Translations under genes and position numbers: made by a program
Source: Lama glama
Lineage: Eukaryota
NCBI GenBank assembly: GCA_028534125.1
Contig: CM052816.1
Span: 71,984,001 to 72,048,000 of the forward strand
Direction of reading: 5' to 3'
DNA length: 64,000 bases
The notes under the pieces: model-generated
The model's database searches: none
Seen by the model: the letters and a program-made list of their open reading frames with translations, nothing else
What the model was told of the DNA's origin: nothing
Part shown: in pieces, positions 1 through 14,190 of the stretch
Layout: every line of letters begins with the position of its first letter
Position numbering within the stretch: the first letter of the stretch is position 1

Positions 1-177
1 CGAAACAGTAAGATGGAAGCAGCCTGGATCTTTCTGTCACCACATGGCCAAAAGGTGTCTCGAAGGTCACCTGATCCACACTGGCATCTTGTGAGTGAGA
101 AGTGATCCTTGTGTAAAACCACTGAGTTTCAGGATGGATATGATACCATAGCAGAGCCTGTCCTAACCTGACATACT
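1..177 (+). mobile_element. 3' part of an ERVL-MaLR solo LTR (MLT1J/K-like)
   Basis: Contains 'gtgagtgagaagtgatccttgtgtaaaaccactgagtttcagg...catagcagagcc...ctgacatac', typical of an MLT1 LTR 3' end. Truncated by the window edge. Confidence 0.6.
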
Positions 178-827
178 TACTTTCTTCTCTTTTTATTGGC
201 TAAATTTGACAAGTAACATTGTGCAAATGTAAGGTGTATGTATATCGCAATATGGTTCCCAACTTACCTTCTGTTTTCAACTTCCTTCTCTACAAACTCA
301 TGTTTTTATTGATAAAGTCTAAGGAGTCACCTCTTCCAAGAGGTATTTGCATTTCAATAAGACATTCAAAAGATGCAAAATACCATGAAGCCTTAAAAAA
401 GAAAAAAAATTGTTTCTAATAGAAAAAATTTGAGCACTAAGACAGAAACCAAGAGAAACTCATTTATGGAAAGACAGCTTCTGAGAATTTCTCTAGCTGA
501 ATCATTTACTCCAGTAGTATTGAGGCTGTCTTTTTAAAAGTCATATTCGTTCTCTATGTTTCTATAGTTGCTTTCTCCTAGTCAGTAAAGTGCTATTTTA
601 GCAGGGAACAATACAAGAAGAAAGAATATCTTTTTTTTGTTTAACCATTTTTGACAGTTGTAATTCTATCAAAAAGGATTATAAAGTGATTTATTCTAAC
701 AGGTGCATGCAGCAAATAACTTGGCTTCTTAAAATAGTTCATATTGAAATCGTTTAGATAATAGGCGTTGTGTGAGTTCACTATTGTGCTGAGACTCCTT
801 TTGTGCTTCTATGACACATAAGTTCTT

Positions 828-1596
828 TTTTTCCCATTTTTAAAAGTTGAAGTATAGTCAGTTTAAAATGTTGTGCCAATTTTGGGTGTACAGCATAATA
901 TTTCAGTCATGCAGATACATACATATATTCGTTTTCATATTTTTTTATTATAGGTTACAATAAGATGTTGAATATCAGTTCCCTGTGCATTACAGTGTAA
1001 AATTGTTGTTTGTCTATTTTATATGTAGTAGTTAGTAATCTGCAAATTTCAAACTCCCAGTTTATCTCTTCCCACTCCCTTTTCCCCTGGTAACCATGTT
1101 TGTTTTCTATGCCTGTGAGTCTGTCTGTGTTTTGTAGGATGAGTTCATTTGTGTCTTTTCTTTAAGTTTCCACATATGAGTGATATCATATTGTACTTTT
1201 CGTCCTCTTTCTGGCTTACTTCACTTAGAATGATGATCTCCAGTTCCATCCATGCTGGTGCAGATGGCATTATTTTATTCTTTTTTCAAGTCTGACTAGT
1301 ATTCCATTGTATAAATATACCACAACTTCTTTATTTAGTCCTCTGTTGATGGAAATTTAGGTTGTTTCCATGTCTTGGCTATTGTAAATAGTGCTGCTAT
1401 GAACATTGGGGTGTGTGCACCTTTTTGAATTAGAGTTCCCTCTAGATATATGCCTAGGAATGGGGTTGCTGGAGCATATGATAAGTCTATTTTTAGTTTT
1501 TTGAGGAATCTCCATATTGTTTTCCATAATGGCTGCACCAAACTACATTCCTATCAACAATATATGAGGGTACCCTTTTCTCCACACCCTCTCCAT
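828..1596 (-). mobile_element. 5'-truncated LINE-1 (ORF2 C-terminus plus 3'UTR), relatively young artiodactyl/camelid-type
   Basis: ORF 1335..1541(-) [21 protein letters not shown]...PMFIAALFTIAKTWKQPK is the L1 ORF2p C-terminus. The T-rich tail lies on the left. Probable TSD is tgaca(ca/ag)taagttctt at 812-827 and 1597-1612. Confidence 0.92.
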
Positions 1597-1749
1597 TGAC
1601 AAGTAAGTTCTTACAAACAAAATTTCAGACAGCAGATCACAGTTTTTGAGTTGTTTTCTCCATAGCTCCATCCACTTCAACTGCATCCACAAATTTCTGT
1701 CAAAACTTTATTTTGCCATTGGGGACTGTAAGAAATATTGACTCTGAAA

Positions 1750-1980
1750 ATGTGGCAATTTGGGAAGAGCATGGGTTTTGGCATCAGATCGTGGCTGAAA
1801 TATCATTCTGTCATTTGCTAGCCATATAAGTTTCATGAAGTCAATTTAAAGAGTTGCAATTTTCTTGTATGTTAAAATAAGGGAGAAAAAATTAGCCCAT
1901 AAGGCTTGTTAGATTTGTGTGTAGATACTACTTGTAAAGCCACTAGCACAGTGCCTGATAGATAATGGAAATTCAATGTA
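1750..1980 (+). mobile_element. MIR SINE (degenerate)
   Basis: 'gaagagcatgggttttggcatcaga...tgtaaagccactagcacagtgcctgatagataat' matches MIR head and tail motifs. Confidence 0.6.
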
Positions 1981-1999
1981 CAAGAATCCATTTGAGGAT

Positions 2000-3110
2000 T
2001 ATTTTCTATTGATATATAATTAATGTTAAAAATGCACAGATTTTAAGATGTGATAATCTATACATCCATGAAACAATCAGCCAAAACAAGACTTAGAGCA
2101 TTTCTATCACACCAGGATATTCCTTCAAGCCTCTTTGCAGTCAATCTCATCCTACTACCTCCATCTCCCTCTTGCTACTAAGGCAACCACTTTCTGATCT
2201 TTCTCATCATATATTTACTTAATTTTGGACTTCATATTAGTTGAATCACAGACTATGTACTCTTCTGTACCTGGAATCCTTTGCTTAATTTAATGCTTTT
2301 TGAAATGTAGTCATATTGTTGCATGCAGTGGACAGTCCTTTTTCATTGCTGTATAATATTCCATTGTATGACTATATGACTTTTTTTTTTTAATCTTCTC
2401 ACATGTTAACGGACATTTGAGTTTTTGTGGACTTATGTTTTCATTTCTCTTTAGTGACTACCTAGAAGTAAAACTTCTGGGTCATAGGGTAGATGCATAT
2501 TTAACTTTAAAATAAATTATCAAACAGCACTCTAAAATGGTTGGACCATTTTATACTCTTACTAGCAAAGTATGAGAGTTTCAGCTACCCTACAGCCTAG
2601 TCAATATTTAGTATTATCAGTCTTTTTGATTGCAGCCATTCCGATGGATGTGAAATGGTATCTCAGGGCGATGTTAGTTTGCATTTCCTTGATAAGTGAT
2701 AATAGTAGACACCTTCTCCTGTGCTTATTGGCCTATTGTATATTTCACTTTGTGAAGTATGTATATTGCTATCTTCTTACTGAATTGTTCATATTTTGTT
2801 GTTGATGTCATGTATTCCAGATACAAGTATTGCAAAAAATCTGTGATTTGTATATTTTCTTCATAGTGACTTTTGATGAGCACATTTAGTTTTGATGAAA
2901 TCTAGCATATCTTTTTTTTCTTCCATAGTTATTGCTTTTAGTGTTCTGTTCAAGAAATTACCTACCCAAAATTTTCCTCTACATGCATTGTGGTGCTGTG
3001 GTCCATCTTCAATTAACTTCTGGGTGTGGAGTAAGACAAAGATCAAGTTGTTTTTCTTTTTCCATACAAATAAGGATGATAATGGTTTAATTCTGGGTTA
3101 CAAAGTTAGG
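2000..3110 (-). mobile_element. Ancient L1M (L1MC/ME-like) 3' fragment
   Basis: Antisense L1 motifs such as 'aggcaaccacttttctgatct', 'ataatattccattgtatgac' and 'gatgtgaaatggtatctc...tttgcatttccttgat'. Confidence 0.75.
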
Positions 3111-5139
3111 TCATTTTTTTGTGTTTCAATCCCAGATACAACAAGGCACACCACATTGTCTTCAGAGTCCCTGAGGTAATGCTGGAAGATTTTAACAATT
3201 TTTGAACCAAGTTTAATTGTATGAGTAAAATCTCTTCTCAGAAATATTACAAAATAACCACATTTAAGCAAAATTGTCAAGTTACTGATGATTTCCATGG
3301 AATTGCATCAACTCCCTGTTTCTCTATTTTCTGTCTCCAACCTTTAGAGCCTTCCTCTCCGACAAGCACCAGGGCACTCTTGCCCTGTGTGGTCAGCTGT
3401 GTGGATTACATCTCCACAGGCAGGTCCTTATTTCAGATGTTTCACACAGTGTGTCCCTTTCTCTCCTGGCTCTTCTCTGTAGTAGATGACAGTAGATCTA
3501 TCTGATAACTAACAAAAGCAAATGTGTTGCTGTTTATTAACCCACTTACCTCGCTTATCTCCAGCTAAACCAAACACTCAGAATGGGAATTTAATGGTAG
3601 AAATTTCACACACTGTCTAAGTTGATGGGAAGATAAATTTGGGGTCAGTCAGCTTTGTGATAGTCCCCCAAACCCTCTTTTTTGGGGGGTTACCCATTAT
3701 TTGAGTTTGCCTCCACCTGGTGGTGGTGTTCTAACATAGAATAACCTCTACTTTCATCTATACATTCACTAAAAAAGTACTTACTCCAGATTTGATCAGA
3801 AAGATACTAGTTTGATTATGTATTAGATCATTACAGTCACTTCTGTAAAGTCCACAGCCTTACAAAATGAAATAGCTGTTGCTTTGGCTGAGTCTGTAAA
3901 GTTTAAAGTGAATGCAAAGACTGCTAATTATCTCCTGATTGCTTCTTATGTGATGAATGTGAATACATAGAAAGTCAGTCTGGATAATTTTGTACCTGTG
4001 CCAAAGAGGAATTTCTGAGGTTAGTGAACTTCAAAAAGTTTGTGTGATGGGATGACCTTCTGTGAAATGTTCTCATTTAGTGTCTATATAATGTTGATTC
4101 ACCACATTATTCATAATCCTACACAAATTTGGTGCTGCTCAAAGTCACTAAAATCAACAATGCCAATGTTAATATCTTAGTATTTAATATACTCCTTGCT
4201 AAATTTCCAATTTCATCTTTCATTTTAGTTCACCAACGATTTTATAATTTAGTGACTTTTTTTTTTTTGCTGAGAACATTTTCTTCATAAGCCTACACTT
4301 TTCAAATTCTTTCTTTTCATGTACCTTTCCTATTGCATTTTTATTACTCAAAAGACTAATCAGGCAACCATTTCTTATCAACAGCCTCTTTTCCCATTAT
4401 GGAAGATTTGAATGAATGCATCCATTGGTTTCTTTCTGAGGGAAGACACTTTCCCTTGGACATTGCCTCCTGCAGCATTCGGAGGAAATTTTTTATAAAT
4501 CAAATTCTACCACTAATTCCCTGTCCAGACCTCTTTGGAACTATGTTTGCATTAAGGGAAGAACAGGAACAAGAAGAGCAGCCTCAACATTTTCAGTCAT
4601 TTGGATAAAACCCATTCTAACCTTTAAAGTAGCGAGGGTTCCTCTTTGGCAGTTGTCACATGTCCTTTCCTTGCCTGGTATTCTGATAGTGTTCTGCCTG
4701 TAGGTCTACTCCACCCCTTTGAGTATCCAGCTGCTCTGGAATTTTACCACGTTCTTGCTACCAAGAAGGAAAATGACCTGATAAATTGATCTATATTCTA
4801 ATTGGATTTGGGTCTTTATTATTACTCTTCAAATCAAGATGTTTACCTATTTCAAACTCCCTCTCACTTTAAAGGTGATCCATCAGAGTAGCGACTTCTA
4901 AACTCGGAGTCTCACAGTGAGCTTTTAGTCACAGGGAACTCTATGGGAAAGATATGTAAAAATGAGGTGGAGTGGGGTGAAGATTTTTTTTGTCAAGCAA
5001 ATCTAAAATCGCATAGACTACTCCACCTACACAAAGCTAGAAGCACCTAATGTCTATCAAAATGAACTGAGTTTGCATCTCACTCTACTACTAGCACATT
5101 AATAAGTAATGCAGCTGATCATGTTAATACTGCCGATGA

Positions 5140-5520
5140 TGATGATGGAAGCTTAGAGTTATTAACCACTTACTTTCTGTCACACACTGTTCTGAGTGCT
5201 TTTAAAATATTCTTTCTTTTACCTTCACAACAGATATATGAATTAGATTAATATAATTATCCCATTTTTTTAAAAAATAAAGAAACTGAGGCACAGGATA
5301 GTTAAGTAAGTTGTCTAAGGTCACGGTAATAACGAACATATTTTGTTGTCATTGTCCACTTTCTGCAGGCACTGATGTTAGTACTTCCCAAGTGTCATGT
5401 CTTTTGCTCTCACAAACCCCATCAGGGAAGCCTTAGAGAGATTAAATCATTTGTCCAGCATCACATGTAAGTAGAAAAGACTGAAACCAGACAACTGCTC
5501 AGTCTGGTACCGAAGTTTGT
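5140..5520 (-). mobile_element. MIR fragments
   Basis: MIR core 'agaaactgaggcacaggatagttaagtaagttgtctaaggtcac' plus a second partial copy. Confidence 0.6.
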
Positions 5521-6943
5521 CTTCCTAATTACTATGCTGTTTCACAATAACGTATAAAATGATTGCAGATGATTTTGCTGCTATAGGAACAGGAAACAGC
5601 AGTTTCGTCTTGAGCTCACAGAGGAATATGTTATGGGGCTGATGTATGAAGCACAGTCTTTCCTTCCATTTCTCAACGCGAATAGGCTTTGTGGAACCCA
5701 TTGCAATATGTTCCCCAGACGTCAGCTGCCCCAGTGAGTGGTTTGCTTTGGGGTAAGACAGCGATAATATAAGAACAGAGGAGCTAGAGAGGAGAAGGAC
5801 CAGAGTCGAGGAAAATGGTGCCTCCATGGCCACAGCTCTGTCCAGCTGCCTGACCTTTGAACTTCCCCAGCCTAACCAAAGACACGCTAGGACAAGGCAG
5901 AATGAAATTCAGCTAGGGTTACGGCTGAGAACTTAGCCAGGTGAGGTCAATAAAAACAGTCTCTCGAAGAATTGGACAGTAAGGAAACTTATCCATCAAA
6001 GCTGGAGCCTGTTACACGTTATGGAACATTTTCTCTCATAATTACATCTATTTTTTCCCACTTTTTCAAAACGCAAGCCTCTGACTTTGTAACAAAAAGT
6101 CGCAATATTATCTTTCCTCCATGTTTTAGGGTACAATTATTTCCAGATTTTCTACTCAATAAACCTGTTAAAAGAAACCTCATTTTTCATTATGTTCATG
6201 TATTCTGATTTTGACACATTTAACATTTTCTTACCTGAGGTGATACATTATTGCAAAGAACTCTGTCAGGTTTTTGTTTTCTTTCTTTGCTTGTTTGGGG
6301 TAGGAGCAAATTACTTTTATTCCTTTGAGCAACCTTTCTAGAAATTATGGCATCTGTTTGTTTGTTTGTTTTTTAATTCTTATTTTTAGAGTCACATAGT
6401 GACTTCTTCTATGTTGGCCTCTGTTCATCCAAGCCATGCACAGTGGAGCAGTTATTTGATGGCTCTTTTGGTTGAATCTCTTTAACTTGAAATATATAAA
6501 ACATGAAGCAAACGTTCTCATGTGTTAAAAACTGAAGCGTTGGAAAATTACTAACACGGAAAGCACATTTCATCTTGACAATTTACCTATGTGTCATTGT
6601 CTTTGTGGCTTAAAGAAGGGAAGTAGGTAACAGTCAGGAAGGGGTCAGATTTGATCAGAAGAATTTCCTTCACTCACTATTCTAACACCTTTCAGCTTCT
6701 GATTTCCCACCTGTAAAATTCAGACAATCATGCCTACATTGCAGATGGGCTGCATTAGAGATGTGGCTAATGTAGGTAACGTGTCACATTGTTGATGCTT
6801 TATAATTGTATTTAACAATGTAGTAATACTACAAATTCTTTGTTTTGTATACTCATCCATGGCTGCCCCATTGCTACATTAAAAATTTTGTTTTAGAAGG
6901 GAACCCAAACTCTAGGCGAGACTTTTAAAGTTATACTTTCTTA

Positions 6944-7451
6944 CAGTCGTCCTCCCTTATCTGCAGAGGAGATGCTCTAAGACCCCCAGTAGATGCCTGA
7001 AACCACAGATATTTCAAATCCTAAATACAATGTGTTCTTTCCTATATATACATACCTATGAGAAAGTTTAATTTATAAATCAGGCACAGTAAGGGAATAT
7101 CCAGATTACCAGCATCACTATTCTCGTGTTTTGGGACCAATAATAAGTAAAATTAGGCTTCCTTGAATGCAGGCACTGCGGTACCGCGACAGTGGATCTG
7201 TTAACTGAGATGGCAGGTAAGTGACTAATAGGGGAGAAATGTCCCTGGACAAAGGGACAGTACTCATGTTCTGGGCACGACAGAGCAGGAGGGCACCAGA
7301 TTTCAGCACTCCACCCAGAACAGTTGGCAATTTAAAACTTATGAATTATTTATTTCTGGAATGTTCCGTGTAATATTTTCAGACCATGGTTGACCATGGG
7401 TAACTGAACCCACAGAAAGCAAAGCCACAGATGTGGGGCCGGGGACTACTG
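6944..7451 (+). mobile_element. MER44B-like TcMar-Tigger non-autonomous DNA transposon
   Basis: TIRs CAGTCGTCCTCCCTTATC... and ...GGGGACTACTG, preceded by TA. Internal 'aaagtttaatttataaatcaggcacagtaag' and 'caatttaaaacttatgaattatttatttctggaat' match MER44 as I recall it. Confidence 0.85.
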
Positions 7452-7468
7452 TTTTGGGGACTAGACCA

Positions 7469-7896
7469 TGTGTTCATTTCCTAAGACTACCATAACAAAA
7501 CACAAACTGTGTGCCTTCCAACAACAGAAATGTATTGTGGTCTATTGGAGAATATAGTGTTTCTCAGTTCTGGAGGCTGGAAGTCTGAGATCAAGGTGTC
7601 AGCAGAGCTGTGTTTCCTCTGAAACCTGTAGGGGAGACTACTTCCGTGCCTCTTCCCAGCCTCTGGTGGGTACCAGCCACCTTTGGTGCTCCTTGGCTTG
7701 CGACGGCAACACTTTCGTCTCTGCCTCTGAGGTCACATGGCTTTCTCCCCTGGGTTAAGGGCCGATCCTACTCCAGTATGACCTTATCTTAAATAATTAC
7801 ATCTGCAACAACCTTATTTCCAAGTAAGTTCACTTTTGAGGTACTGGAGGTTATGACTCACCATATCTTTTGAGGAAATACAATTCAACCCTTAAT
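7469..7896 (-). mobile_element. MLT1 (B/C-like) MaLR solo LTR
   Basis: 'cagttctggaggctggaagtctgagatcaaggtgtcagcag' through 'acaattcaacccttaata'. Confidence 0.85.
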
Positions 7897-8489
7897 AGAC
7901 AGTAATAAACCTATTATATAGAATATTTAAGTTTTATGATACCTGACTCTTACTTTAAGAATGCTTCTTCACAAAGAGTAAGGAGTCATAATAATGTCCC
8001 TTTGTCCAATTCCTTTTGGGAAAACTTTCCTCCCCTAAGGGGCTTTTTCCCCCCAAAGTTCTAATTCCAACTTAAATCAAAATCACTTTACGACTTTGCA
8101 CTCTGTTGCCACTTCCTTCCTAATACAATGGCCTCTTGCTACTTGATTTTCTTATGAGGTGTATAGAATCACTTGACCCTTTCTGAGCACAATCAGTTCA
8201 TCACAATCAGTGCTATTTCTCTGAGCTCATAACACAACTGTAAAAATCATGCTCACTGGTCAGGTGAGCCTCTTTGGTATGAAGTCTCTTTAATAACTGT
8301 CTTCCATTTTCCACATCCCAATCAAACTGTGACCTCTTTGAGATGCTACTTTTTATTTTTTTTAAGTAACAGTTATAATATGAATTGTGTGAGATGCTAT
8401 AATCAAAATTATGTAATAAGTTCAAAAACATACTTTTCAAATATTACTTACAGCTATTTTTGTAGTAATATTTAACATTTTCATTTCAT

Positions 8490-9810
8490 TTCCATCTCCA
8501 GCTATCTTCCTTTTTCTCCTTCCCTTTACAACAAAACTCCTTGGAGAGTTGTCTATACTTAATATCTGCAACTTCTCATGCCCTCCTCTCTTTTGAACCC
8601 ACCTTGGGTTTACTCCCATCCAATGACCTTATCCCATCTCATGGCCTTAAATATCTACATGCTAGTGATGCTCAGCTACTTCATGAGCCTGAGTCGTTCA
8701 CCATCTAGTCTGACATCTTCACTCAAATGTCCAAAGGCATCTCAAATTTAACACATGCAAAACTGAATTACTGAATTTAACACCACTCTTAGGCGTGGGA
8801 CTGGGGAGGGGACACTGTCTCTGCTGTAATTTTCCCTATTTTAGTTAAATAGAAAGTCTTGCTCTAACACAATCAGCTCCAAACCTTGGGGTGGTTCTTG
8901 GCCCCTAGATTTCTCACCCACTCCATATAAAGATTGTCTGACTATCTTGTTGGCTCCAACTGCAACATATACTCAGATGTTGACCACTTCACCAGCATCA
9001 TAGCCAAACTCAGTCATTGGGACAGCCTCTCATCTAGTCTCCCTACTTTTCTCCTTGCACATGAAAGTATAGTTTAAAGACAACCAAGTGATCCTATTGA
9101 GACATAAGTCAAGCTGTGTCATCTTGCTGCTCAAAAAATTCCTGTGACTTTCCACTCCTCTTAGTGTAAAAGCCCAAATTCTTACAATGACCTATAAGGC
9201 CATATAAAATCAATTACAAAGGTAATTGTTTCCTCATTGCCCCTCTAATCTCATCTAGTCACTCCATCTTGTCCTCTGCACAACATCCACATTGATCTTC
9301 TCACTATTTCTGAAACACTTCAGATACAATCCTACCTCAGGGCCTTTGCATTTTCTACTGCTTTTGCCTAGGCTTCTGTTTGTCAAGATATCAGCTATTT
9401 CCCAGGTATAGTTCTGCCTGCTTGCTTCAGGTGCTTACTAAAATGTGATGATCTTGGTTAATTTTACCCTGGCACCCTATCTAAAAATTTGCACACACTC
9501 TCCAACATTTCAGACCTCCAACTTTCCTTTATACTTCCTCTCAGCAATGACCACTGTGACATACTATGTATTTTATTTATTTACCTTACATATGTCTGTC
9601 TTTATCAGCTAGAATATAAGCTCCAAGAGAACAAGGAATGTTTTTAGTTCATTACTGTATCCCAGTTTCAAAAAGAATGGCTGGGACATAATAGTGTTAA
9701 AAAATTGTTTTGAATGATCTGTTTTATTAACCAATATATCCCCAGAATTTAGAATAGAACCTGACACATAGTAGATGTTCAATAAGCATTTTTGAATGAA
9801 TAAATAAATG
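8490..9810 (+). mobile_element. L2 LINE 3' region
   Basis: L2 motifs 'ggcatctcaaatttaacacatgcaaaactgaa' and 'cctcagggcctttgca', ending in 'ttcaataagcatttttgaatgaataaataaatg'. Confidence 0.8.
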
Positions 9811-11568
9811 TCCTATAATACCTATTGCATCATCTCATACTTGGTAATAATTTGATAAATATTTCTTGAATTATTAAAGGTTTTCAAAAATAATTTTTGA
9901 TTTTATTTAATTAAATGATAATTATTTCCTTAAAAATTATCTGAATATTTAAAAAATTATTCTAGGTGGTTTTCCTCTCTATTATTTTGATTTGTCTCCA
10001 GATTTAAAATGATGGTATTTCTTTTTTCTAATGAACACGTACCTTTAGAATTTAATTATCAAGAAAATTATTATAAAAACTAGAAGTTGTATTAAAATCA
10101 CTTAGAGGTAGCAAAGTTGTTATGTGACACTAAAAGAAGGAAAAGCTACTTTAGCTAAAAAAAAATTGGTGGTTTTAGGACCACCATCTAAAACAAAATA
10201 AATGAGAGTTCTATCCAAATAATGTCTTGAAATAACATCTTGATCTCTTTAGCAACATTCGCTTCATCATTTCTAGACTTTTATTCAGTATGATGGTATT
10301 TCAGACCCAAATATACTGCAGCTGATTTAAAGGCATATAATGACAAAAACTAAGATTAAATTAATAAAATAAGTAATCATGTGTTTTCTTCCTTAATTAA
10401 AAATCCTATTTATATAGAGTAGTGAGTGCCTCAGGACACTCATATTCCATTTTATTGTACTTCTTGTTATAGGAATCATAAAAAGTGAAATAAGCAATAA
10501 ATGGATTTGTCGCACCCTATACAAAACATGAATGCACAATTTATCCCACTGCTGAAATGCCTATTCTGGAAATATACTGCTCTAAGCACTCTACTAAAAT
10601 AAATTTATTTGCAGATGATATGTAGATAAAATACACGTAACTGTGATTAATAGTTGCTACTGAATGTCTATCTTGAGAATTTAGTGCCATTACTGATTTT
10701 TATTTAATCTCAGTGTTTTACTGATCTCATTTTACAAATCTTTTTCACAGGAAAAGGAGGAAAAGAACAAAAGCATTCTATAGTCTAGTCAGAGAGCTAT
10801 CTGTTTTAGTGTGTTTTATATGCAAAATTGTAAACAGCGATGACCTAGAAAAGGGGCAAATGCATTCTAAAACGTGAAGCGAAGCATGTGCAAAAGAAGC
10901 CAGATGAGTGTCTTAAGTCACAGGCATTTTTTTCAATTACAGTGTTAATACCAGGTCATTGTTTAAAAACCCAAAAGAACAATACAGAATTATAAATAGA
11001 AAAAATTAAAAATTTCCTCAATCCCTGCAACCATCCCCATCTCTGCCATTCAACTTCCTTCTCTAGAGTTAACTACTGTATACAGTTTCTGTATACCCTC
11101 CTAGAACATATATATATATAATATACCCTTTTACAACCTTCTAGAAATTTTTCTATATATATATAGTTTATATATTTCTTAATAAATGATTTTGTGCTAT
11201 TTTATATGAAAGCTAGTCCCAAGCAATTCTTAAGCCAAAAGAAGAAAATATTTGGACAGTTCTCAGAAGCCACGTCTGTCAAATAATTAAGCAACTTATA
11301 TGTTATATCCATCACTTTTAAAAGAAGGCTACAGTAAATTAGGAGCAATCTTAATACCAGAATTAAATTGTCAAAAAAATAACTTTTTAACATAAACAAA
11401 ATTTATCAGAATCTACATGCTGTAGAATTACACAGAATAAATTAATGCCACAAGAATCCATTCTAAGTGCTTATTACTTTAATATCCACAGAGGGCATCG
11501 CTTGGCAATGCACCTATGGAACACACTGGGAACTCCCATTGCCCTAACAGTATGGGGACATCATGAGT

Positions 11569-11665
11569 GAAAAAAAGACACATGTCACTTGCCAAGTGAA
11601 GTATTCACATAATAATCCACATTATGTGAATACTTCACTTGGCAAGTGACATGTGTCTTTTTTTC
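11569..11665. repeat. Perfect 45-bp inverted repeat with 7-nt spacer
   Basis: 11569-11613 GAAAAAAAGACACATGTCACTTGCCAAGTGAAGTATTCACATAAT is the exact reverse complement of 11621-11665. The spacer is AATCCAC. Confidence 0.97.
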
Positions 11666-13169
11666 TTGGATACATGTATGATGGAATAAACAAAAAGAAT
11701 GTTAAAGTAGTTGGTATGGATTTTCAGAATCAGACTTGTTTTACAGACTGATAATTTGACTTAATAAGTAAGAGGATAAAGGTGACCATCCCCAATTGTT
11801 AATTTTATTCAGTAGTGATAGCCTCATTCCTCTATGTCCTCTAATGCTACCTGCCCCATGTATGACATTATCTTTTAATTTTAAAAAATGGCACATAGCA
11901 GTAGGGGTGGGGCTTCCCACTTTAAGGTTACATGTAGAAACTCCCTCACTAATTATGTTCTAACATCAGAGACCGTGTGAAAATAAATTCTACTTTCTTT
12001 GGATAGTACCTCACTCACCTTGTTTGGAGACCGCTTTTCATGGTAACCACAAGGTTTTCCTTGCATGATCAATGATCTGTGCATCGTTGAATGGTCACTG
12101 AACCATCTACAGTGAGATTCCCACTGGGCTTCCTGCTTGACGTGGTAGCAGTTGGGCAGTCTCCCAGAGTTGACTGGGGCCCTTTGCATTTCTTCATTGA
12201 TCCTTCCTCTATGATATAAAGTTCAGACTTTTGGCACTCAAAATATGTAGGTTCATTTATTTCAAAGCTATAGGTTCTGATGTACTTTTCACGAGTTTAT
12301 TTTGAGACTCACAGTGAGCAATTCCTCAGCAGTTTTACAATATCAACCATGCCCTGAGGGCAGGGCATATAGAAAAATCTTGGCTGATTCCTGAATGGTC
12401 ATAGGAAGTCCGGGAGGAAAGTAGAAGCTTGGGAAGTAAAGATTGAAGTTATCCCATTGGAACAGAGAAAGTATGATGGCTAAGGCTGACTTCACATATA
12501 AAGTTTGTTAATCAATGAACAATAACTGCCATAACTTTCTTACAATTATTGTGTGGCATGGAGACAGCCTGAATTTAAGGATGGTGATGATGATGGAATT
12601 TGGGTTCTAGCTCTTATGTCTACCAGAAAAAAAAAATTGACTTCTTAGGACAAGAATTTAACTTTAAAAGAAGAATTTAATAATACTATAGGAAATAGAA
12701 ATTCTCCTCCAGTTTCTCCTCCCATTCGTCCTCCACAGTATTTTTCTTCATCTGCTCATCCATTAGATTTCTGAGCCCCTGGTGAGTAGTAGTCCTCTTC
12801 TAGAGCCTGAATAATTATCACAGATGCTTAGACAGTGTTCTCAGAAGACAGGGGCTGCTATTAAAGGTACTGCCTTTTTAATTGAATAGCCCAGATCATA
12901 GAACAGCTACAACAATGAACACAAATCTCTGCCTGAGCTCCTGTATTTGCTTATTGAACAAACTTCCTTTGGAGTTCTTTGTAATTCAAATGTAAGCCAG
13001 GATCCTAAAGGAAGAAGTAAAAGAAAAAGACAAGTTCTAACGGCTCAGAAGACTACATATGCTGTTAAATAAAAATGTTGTCGTCACACCAAGTAATGAA
13101 AGCACAGCGGTAATGAATGACAGTAGTTCACTCCTTCTCTGGATCTTTCCCTTGATATTTAAATCCTTC

Positions 13170-14190
13170 CTATTTTTAAGCAAACAAGCAAAACAATTTT
13201 TTTTTTAAATCTCATTGATCTCTTTTCTCCTTAAGCTAGAGTGCTCCTTTTTCACAGACTTTCCCAGGTGCTGTCTGTATTACAATGTTTCTGTTTCCTC
13301 CCCACCCTTATTACTCTCACCGGAACAGCTCTTTGTAAGAGCTCCAGAATTCAACTGACATCTTCGGACCTCATATTAGTTGGCTTCTCAGTATTTATTT
13401 ATACTGTGAACCATGCCTTCCTTTTCAAAATTCTCTTTTCAAAATATTCTTCTTTTGGCTTCCTTGACACACTGTTTTCTTCCTGTATCTCTGGTTACTG
13501 AAAGTCTTCTTTGCAATATTATCCTGCAGAAGCTAAGTGTTGAAGAATCTGATACCTTAGCTTGTTTCATACACACCTGTGGCTTCATTACCTTCCACAG
13601 GTCTGGGAGTCTGTCTCCGCATAGACCTACATTTTTAGCTTCGAATCAGCACATGCAGACACCTCCATGTGATTGTCGAAGGCTCTTCCTAAGTATTCCT
13701 CAAATTCGCTCACTGTTGGCCTCCACCGCTAACACTCAGCTATGTGCTGCCCTCTTCTCTCCCCAGGACTACGACACTGCAGTCCTAACCGGTTTCCACA
13801 TTCACAGTTGCTCTCTCTAAGCCCAGCCTCCAAATTGCAGCTTGAATAATCTTTCCAAAAAAGCAAACCTGATGGCATCAGTCATCCTCCCTGCTTCTCC
13901 AATCCTGCAACACATATTAACAACCCTTTCCAAGGTCTCAGGGCTCTTAACAAAAAGCCCAAACGTTTCCAGGGCCTGGTTACCTCTCCAAGCTCGTCTC
14001 AATCCATTCTCTTTCTGAATAGCTACACCCTGCCAATGGCACCCTCTCAGTTCCTCGAATGCTCAATCTTTCTTTCCACCACCAGGCATTTGAGCAGGCT
14101 GCATCCTCTGTCGGCAATCTTCTCCCGTCCTACCATTCCCTTGGCAAACTCTGATTTCTTTATAGGCTACTTCTTCATGGAAGCATTTGA
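13170..14190 (+). mobile_element. Degenerate L2 fragments
   Basis: L2-like 'ttcttttggcttccttgacac...ttctgtatctctggttac' and 'taatctttccaaaaaagcaaacctgatggcatca'. Confidence 0.6.
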
